Assembly (NCBI GenBank): GCA_963745025.1
Contig: CAVUWD010000016.1
Span: 960,001-1,024,000 of the forward strand
Direction of reading: 5' to 3'
Length of the DNA stretch: 64,000 nt
From: an uncultured delta proteobacterium
Lineage (GTDB): Bacteria > Desulfobacterota > Binatia > JACPRU01
Shown here: one piece after another, positions 58,212 to 64,000 of the stretch
How positions within the stretch are numbered: the first letter of the stretch is position 1
Layout: each line of letters starts with the position of its first letter
The notes under the pieces: model-generated
Told to the model about the DNA's origin: nothing
The model's input: the letters and a program-made list of their open reading frames with translations, nothing else
The model's database searches: none
Made by a program: the position numbers and the translations under genes

Positions 58212-59597
58212 TCAGTCGTGCCAGATCTTCGACCGGTTGCGGATCCGGTCGTTGATGTACCCAACCTTGTAGTACGTGTCGTAGAACTCTTCGTCGATGT
58301 TGTGGATGACGGCGCCAAAATGCGCCTGCATCGGATTGTAAGTCACCGGCCATTGCCCAAAGGTCTTCACGCAGTATTCGATGTAAGCAGTCAGCGCGTC
58401 CTTGACCCATGGCTGGGGCCGGGTGCGCGGGTCCTTGAGAATCGCGTCGCGCGTGGCGTCCTTCCAGGGCGAGCCGACCGCGCGAAGATATCCGGTCGGG
58501 GAGTCGTTCATCACGCCTTCCTTGCCATACTTTTCCTCGTACCAGAAATTCACCAGCTGTTCAGCGGACTTCCAGCGCGGCGAAGGCACGTAGGTGGCTT
58601 CCTTCACGTCTTTGATGCCGAACACCTTGATCTGCCCGGTCGAGATTGGCGCCTTCGGATTCGGTGCTTCGACGTGGAAGCCGAGCCCTCGACAGATCTC
58701 GGGCATGGCGCCGAAGAGAATCTCGGGATTGAAGCCGCAGTACACCCAGTTGCCGAGGCCCATCGCCTCGGCGGCGAGGCGGATGTTCTGAATCTGCATG
58801 CCCGTCGGGTAGCTCTCGACCTGGAAGATCAGCTGCTCTGAACTGGCGATCGTCGACCCCAGCTCGAGTTTGCCCTCCCCGATCCACTTCTCGATGCCCG
58901 CCGGCCGTCCACCGTTCCACTCGTCGATGAAGTACATGTGCCAGCAGTCCATGAAATTGATGAGCGCCGAGTTCAGATAGCCGGCGTCGGTCAGCGGAAT
59001 GAACCACGTGGTGCCCGGATTGTTCATATTGATTTGATACGGGCCCATCAGCGTCGCGTTGGGGGCGCCTGCCGCGCGCATCACGTGGTCGACGTCGGGG
59101 CGCTCGTCGAGAATCTGCGTCGTGCACTCCTCGTACCAGCGCACGACCTTGTCGTAGTCCTTCTCGCCCTCGATCTCGATCACCTTCTCACGCTTGGTGG
59201 TCGGCTTGTAGATGAAGGCACCGTTGTCGTTGATGATCAGCAGGTCGGTCGCCAGCGTATTGCCAGGATGCGGCGTGGTGCGGCCGGCGATCCAGGTGAG
59301 CTCGTGAAAGCCGCCGTCGAGCGAGATGTCCCACGCGACGAGCCCGTTCGGGCCGCAGGCGGCCCAGGCGATCAGCGCCTCCTCGAGCTTGCTGAGCGGC
59401 TTCGGCTCCTTCTTGGAGACGAACTGCATCGGCCCCTTCTGCTGCTTGACCAGGCGGCCGGTCGCCGGGTGCTTGTAGTCGGTTCCCGAGTCGATGCGGT
59501 AGCCGTGTCCGACGCGCCGGCTGCGGATCGTGGTGAGCAGGTTGAAGAGCGAGGGCGTCTGCTCGAATGCGTGCTTGAGTCGTTCCTTGTCAGTCAT
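58212..59597 (-). CDS. Large nitroreductase-fold (SagB-like) hypothetical protein
   Basis: IRSRR, RTTPHPGN, QNIRLAAEAMGLG; AAGGAGG RBS; strong codon bias. Confidence 0.65.
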   Translation of the reverse strand: MTDKERLKHAFEQTPSLFNLLTTIRSRRVGHGYRIDSGTDYKHPATGRLVKQQKGPMQFVSKKEPKPLSKLEEALIAWAACGPNGLVAWDISLDGGFHELTWIAGRTTPHPGNTLATDLLIINDNGAFIYKPTTKREKVIEIEGEKDYDKVVRWYEECTTQILDERPDVDHVMRAAGAPNATLMGPYQINMNNPGTTWFIPLTDAGYLNSALINFMDCWHMYFIDEWNGGRPAGIEKWIGEGKLELGSTIASSEQLIFQVESYPTGMQIQNIRLAAEAMGLGNWVYCGFNPEILFGAMPEICRGLGFHVEAPNPKAPISTGQIKVFGIKDVKEATYVPSPRWKSAEQLVNFWYEEKYGKEGVMNDSPTGYLRAVGSPWKDATRDAILKDPRTRPQPWVKDALTAYIEYCVKTFGQWPVTYNPMQAHFGAVIHNIDEEFYDTYYKVGYINDRIRNRSKIWHD

Positions 59598-59872
59598 CGG
59601 GAATCCTCCTTACGTGGAGTGGTCAGCCTTAGGTGGGGGTAGTCTAGCGCCGGGTTGGGGTAGCTCGCCCGCTACGGCATCCCGCTCCATAGTCAACCGT
59701 CCGCCGCGAAGTCAATGGCATCGGAGCAAGCGTCGCCGCGCGCCGCCGCCTTCAGCTCCATTCTCCCTGCCGCTAGTTCCAAAGATTGCACGTATCCGCG
59801 AGATGCGCGATGGATTCGGTTGCAGCTTTGGACTATCAGGGCCGAATATTCTGACGCCACGAGGAGGAGATC

Positions 59873-60661
59873 ATGGAATTTCAGCAGGTCCTAGGCATCC
59901 GAAGGTCGATCCGTTACTTCGAGCCCGACAAACCCGTCGAACAGGAGAAGATCCAGAAGATTCTCGAGGCGTGCCGCATCGCCTCGTGTGCGGTCAACGC
60001 ACACTGGCTGAAGGCCGTCGTCGTCAAGCGTGCCGACATCTCGCCTGAGGATCTCGAGAAGATGAAGAACCCGGTGCAGGCGAACGTGATCGCGCTCGCG
60101 CCCGTACACATCTATCTATACGGTGATCCCGGAGTCGTGAACCGTTACAAGGGCGCGCGCCTGAAGCAGCTGTTCGATTACGGCGCCGTGAACCCGACCC
60201 ACGGCTGGAGCCACAAGTTCGTCGACGAAACCGTCTATCCGCAGATCCTGAAGCCGCTCACCGAGATGCCGGTCTATCCGGTCGCGCTCGCGTTCGACTG
60301 CGGAATCTCGGCCTGCCAGGGCTTGTTGATGGCCTTCGAGCTCGGCCTCGGCGCGTGCCTGACGGCCTTCGTCCAAGAGGTGGTGAAGAAGTACACCAAG
60401 GTACCGGACGACTGGATTCCGTTCTACGCCTTGAACGTCGGATATCCGGCCGAGTCGCGCGAGGCTGGCGGGCAGCGCCCGCGGCCACCGTTCGAGGAGC
60501 AGTATTTCCTCAATCACTACGGCAACGCCTTTCCACGCGACCCGAAGGTCGTAAAAGAGCTCGAGGCGTCGAAGCTGTTCACCACACCGGCCCGACCGGA
60601 CAACGCCGAGCGGCGCAAAGAGGTCCGCGAGTTGGCGCGGCGCCTCAATCTGCCGATGTAA
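59873..60661 (+). CDS. Nitroreductase family protein
   Basis: RRSIRYF, LLMAFELGLGAC, VGYPAE. Confidence 0.85.
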   Translation: MEFQQVLGIRRSIRYFEPDKPVEQEKIQKILEACRIASCAVNAHWLKAVVVKRADISPEDLEKMKNPVQANVIALAPVHIYLYGDPGVVNRYKGARLKQLFDYGAVNPTHGWSHKFVDETVYPQILKPLTEMPVYPVALAFDCGISACQGLLMAFELGLGACLTAFVQEVVKKYTKVPDDWIPFYALNVGYPAESREAGGQRPRPPFEEQYFLNHYGNAFPRDPKVVKELEASKLFTTPARPDNAERRKEVRELARRLNLPM

Positions 60662-60668
60662 TGTGACG

Positions 60669-61007
60669 ATGGGGCTCGCGAAACCGATCACCGAATTCGA
60701 CGCGGTCAAGACCTGGGGCGAGGGACTGCGCAAGCAGTGGGGGGGTGATCTCCTCGTCGAAGAGCCGCAGATGGTCGAGGCGCTGCGGGAATTCTGCGAT
60801 TTCGTCGGCGAAGATCCCGACTCGATCATCGCCAAGCTCTTCCGCATCCGCAAGGCCGACGGGGAGCGGGTGCTGTCGGTGAAGTGGCGCACCCATTACG
60901 CCGATAAGATCAAGGAGTTTCGTGCGCGCGAGGGAGAGGGTGGCTTGCGGCGCGGCGCGGACGTGCTCTCGTTCCTGATTCACAACGGGGTGCTCATCCA
61001 GGTCTAG
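60669..61007 (+). CDS. Hypothetical protein
   Basis: Operonic ORF with typical codon usage. Confidence 0.72.
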   Translation: MGLAKPITEFDAVKTWGEGLRKQWGGDLLVEEPQMVEALREFCDFVGEDPDSIIAKLFRIRKADGERVLSVKWRTHYADKIKEFRAREGEGGLRRGADVLSFLIHNGVLIQV

Positions 61008-61019
61008 AGAGCGCTCGTA

Positions 61020-62042
61020 ATGGCGAATAAGCGTCGTTACTGGGGAGTCTTGCCGCCGCTGCCGGGTCCGGTGCTCGACGGCGTGGTAAAGCAGTGCGAG
61101 GCGATGGGCCTCGAGGGAATCTGGGCAGTCCAGCTCTGGGGCCCGCCCTTCGTCACGCTGGGCGCCGCGGCGATGGCGTCCAGCCGCTTGAAGCTCGGCA
61201 CGGGTGTCGCCCTCGCCTTCGTGCGCAGCCCGCTCGAGACCGCCTCCGCGGCGCTCGACGTCGACACGATCAGCGGTGGCCGAATGGTGCTCGGCCTGGG
61301 TCCGTCGGTCCGCTGGTGGAACGAGCAGTGGTACGGCGTCCACTACGGGAAGCCGATCCCGCATCTCCGCGAAGCCGTCGCGCTCATCCGCACGATCATC
61401 GAGAAGGGGCACACCGGTGAGCTCGGCAAGTGGGAGAGCGAGTACTACAAGCTCGATCTCGACCGCTTCAAGACGATCGCTCCACCGGTACGGACGCACA
61501 TTCCCATCGTTCTGCCGGCGCTCTACGAGACGGCCATGCAGGTTGCCGGCGAGATCGCCGACGGCCTCGCGCCGCACCCGATCTCGAGCGAGCAATGGAT
61601 CCTCGAGCGCATCGTGCCGAACTTGAAGAAGGGCCTCGACAAAGCCGGGAAGAAGCGCTCCGACTTCGACCTCAACGTCTGGTTCTACGTCGCTCCGAGC
61701 AACGACCGAAAGCAAGCGATCGACGAGACGCGCCGGACGGTCATGTTCTACGCGCTGCACTCGCAGTACGAGAAGTACTTCGCGGCCAACGGCTTCGGGA
61801 AGGAAGCCAGGGCGATCGCGGAGGCGTCGCGGGCGAAAGACGAGGCGAGCATGCTGCGAGCCTGCACGGACGAGATGGTCGAGAAGTTCGCCATCGTCGG
61901 CGCACCGGACGAGGTGCGGCGGCGAATCGATCGCATCGCCGAGATCGCCGATTCGTTCACGCTCTGCTCGCCATACGTCGCGCTGTCCCCCGAGCGGATC
62001 GGCTTCTACAACGAGCAGATCGCGAAGACCTTCTACCTCTGA
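61020..62042 (+). CDS. LLM-class flavin-dependent oxidoreductase
   Basis: LKLGTGVALAF.RSP, SGGRMVLGLG, AGEIADG. Confidence 0.88.
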   Translation: MANKRRYWGVLPPLPGPVLDGVVKQCEAMGLEGIWAVQLWGPPFVTLGAAAMASSRLKLGTGVALAFVRSPLETASAALDVDTISGGRMVLGLGPSVRWWNEQWYGVHYGKPIPHLREAVALIRTIIEKGHTGELGKWESEYYKLDLDRFKTIAPPVRTHIPIVLPALYETAMQVAGEIADGLAPHPISSEQWILERIVPNLKKGLDKAGKKRSDFDLNVWFYVAPSNDRKQAIDETRRTVMFYALHSQYEKYFAANGFGKEARAIAEASRAKDEASMLRACTDEMVEKFAIVGAPDEVRRRIDRIAEIADSFTLCSPYVALSPERIGFYNEQIAKTFYL

Positions 62043-62050
62043 GTCTCCGC

Positions 62051-63214
62051 ATGGAAACCGCCAAGCCCCGCGACGTCGGCGTCGACCCCGAGCGGGTGGA
62101 TCACTTCTTCCGCGTCGTCGAGCGCCGGATCGAGGAAAAGTGGCTGTTCGGGGGCAGCTTCCTGATCGCTCGCCGCGGCCGGATCGTCGCCGCCAGGGCT
62201 GTCGGTCACGTCGACGCCGAGCGTCGGCGGCCCGCCCGTCCAGACGACATCTACTGCATTTTTTCCACCAGCAAGCCGATCACGTCGACGACTCTCTTGA
62301 TGCGGGTCGATCGCGGCGACATTCGTCTGGTCGACAAGGTCGCCGAGTTCATCCCGGAATTCGCGGTCGCCGGAAAGGGCGGCATCACCATCGCCCAACT
62401 ACTGACCCATACGGCCGGCTTCCCGACCCTTCCAGCCGACTGGCCGATGGAGCAGTGGAAAGACTGGGACGCCACGATCGCGCGCGTCTGCGCGTTGCCG
62501 CTCGAATTCGAGCCGGGAACCGCCGTGCAGTATCATGCGCTCAACGCCCACTGGATCATGGCCGAGATCGTGCGGCGTCTCGACGGCGGCAAGCGAAGCT
62601 TCGCCGAGATCTGCAGCGACGAGATCTATCGCCCGCTGAAGATGCCGGATTCTCACATGGGGGTGCGCGCGGACATGCGCGAGCGCCTCGTGCCCTTGCG
62701 CGCGCTCGACGCGGAGAGCATCCCCTTCCCGTTCGCGCTGCTCGAGGCCTTCGATCTTCCCGAGGTTCAACCGGCGATGATTCCGGGCGGCGGCTCCCGC
62801 TCGACGATCTTCGATCTCGCGCGCTTCTACCAGATGTGGCTGAACGGCGGAGAGCTCGACGGGGTGCGGCTGCTTTCGCCGGCGATGGTCGATCTCGCCA
62901 CGACGATCCACACCGGCGACCAAGGCGATCGTCTGTTTGAAATTCTGCGCGTGATGAACCGCTGGCCGCACGTCCCTGCCAACCGCGGGCTCGGCTTCTG
63001 GATCCGCGGCGTCGGGATCTTTCCCAGCTATTTCGGCTCGCTCGCCTCGCCCTGCACCTTCGGTCATGCCGGGGCGAGCAGCATCGTGGCGTGGGCCGAT
63101 CCGGCACGAGAGCTCGTGTTCGTCGGGCTGACGGCCGGCCTCATCGACGAAGCGCGAAGCATCCTTCGCTGGCATCAACTCTCCGACCTCGCGCAGGCGT
63201 GCGTCGTCGACTGA
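62051..63214 (+). CDS. Serine hydrolase, beta-lactamase family
   Basis: STSK (SxxK), LLTHTAG, EPG...YH, FGHAG. Confidence 0.88.
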   Translation: METAKPRDVGVDPERVDHFFRVVERRIEEKWLFGGSFLIARRGRIVAARAVGHVDAERRRPARPDDIYCIFSTSKPITSTTLLMRVDRGDIRLVDKVAEFIPEFAVAGKGGITIAQLLTHTAGFPTLPADWPMEQWKDWDATIARVCALPLEFEPGTAVQYHALNAHWIMAEIVRRLDGGKRSFAEICSDEIYRPLKMPDSHMGVRADMRERLVPLRALDAESIPFPFALLEAFDLPEVQPAMIPGGGSRSTIFDLARFYQMWLNGGELDGVRLLSPAMVDLATTIHTGDQGDRLFEILRVMNRWPHVPANRGLGFWIRGVGIFPSYFGSLASPCTFGHAGASSIVAWADPARELVFVGLTAGLIDEARSILRWHQLSDLAQACVVD

Positions 63215-63235
63215 CCCTCGAAAGGAGTGATCCAT

Positions 63236-64000
63236 TTGGCTCGAGCTCAGAGCGCACTGGAACAAACGATTCGCCAGCACGCGGCGAAGCAGCCGAAGGA
63301 AGTCTGGCTGAAATGGAAGGACGGCGGCTACTCCTACGCGGACGTTCTTTCCAACGCCCAGCGCGCCGCGAACGGTCTCGCCGCGCTCGGCGTGAAGCCG
63401 GGCGAGCGCGTCGCCATCATGATGGGAAACCGCCCGGAATTTCTATGGGTGCACTTCGGCATCAACTTCATCGGCGCGCATTCGGTGCCGATCAACACCT
63501 CGCAGCGCGGAGCGACGCTGCAGCACATTCTCGCGAACTCCGACTCCGTCGCGGTGGTCTTCGAGGATGCGCTCCGCGACGCGGTGCTTTCGGCCAAGGA
63601 CAAGGTGCCGACGCTGCGCGCGACCGGTGGTCGCAGACGGGCCCGCCGGAGGGGGCGTCGATTGGACGCTCGATCGCCTTCTCTCGCATCCCGATCGTGA
63701 GCCGGACGTCGAGGTGAAGGAGCCGTCCGCCGCGGTCGGCATGATGTACACGTCGGGCACCACCGGACCGCCGAAGGGCGTGGTCGCGACCGGTTACGAC
63801 ATGGCCCCCCTCGCCATCATGTTCGAGGCGCTCCGCGTCAAGCCGGGGGAGACCATGTACACGCCGCTGCCGCTCTTCCACGGCAACGCGCTCCTCATCT
63901 CGGCGATCGGTTCGATCACGATCGGGGCGAAGCTGGCGCTTGCCGAGAAGTTCAGCGCCTCGCGGTTCTGGGACGATTGCCGGAAGTACGACGCGGTCGA
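63236..64000 (+). CDS. Acyl-CoA synthetase (CaiC-like), 5' part, with +1 frameshift at ~63625
   Basis: N-terminal ANL region; removing 1 nt at acc[g]gtg gives VVADG...MYTSGTTGPPKGV...PLPLFHGNA; runs off window. Confidence 0.8.

Noticed and set aside
58212-59597. RiPP azole biosynthesis based on the SagB-like motif
   Set aside because: No YcaO/cyclodehydratase or Cys/Ser/Thr-rich precursor recognised nearby
59715-59732. Sigma54 promoter-like TGGCAT word in the divergent region
   Set aside because: GG-to-GC spacing is off by one and there is no TTGC

Overview
GC-rich, gene-dense bacterial chromosomal segment. The gene mix (several MMPL/YCF48 genes, LLM oxidoreductases, SDRs, CoA ligases, degP-DUF1844-htpX-mrcB-tsaD synteny) suggests a deltaproteobacteria-like lineage such as Candidatus Binatia; this is inference only. 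No rRNA, tRNA, CRISPR array, transposase or full integrase was recognised. Left part (1-28 kb): envelope and housekeeping genes (tsaD fragment, PBP1B, DegP, HtpX, GT9, cysK-larE, acs, TreT-like GT, Mla/MCE operon, UDG, MaoC pair, Gld-like ABC system, msrP, sigma54 two-component system). Middle (28-44 kb): three MMPL transporters, one frameshifted and two from a ~3.43-kb tandem duplication whose junction creates an in-frame lipoprotein/beta-propeller chimera. Right part (44-64 kb): orphan LuxR regulator with a kinase remnant, a lipoprotein methyltransferase-thiol-dioxygenase fusion, and a divergent cluster of nitroreductase-fold proteins and adenylate-forming (ANL) ligases, two of which look catalytically degenerate. 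Eight ~60-100-bp palindromes built from GGCTACN heptamer arms sit at gene 3' ends across the window. All calls come from reading motifs by eye; no database search was run.
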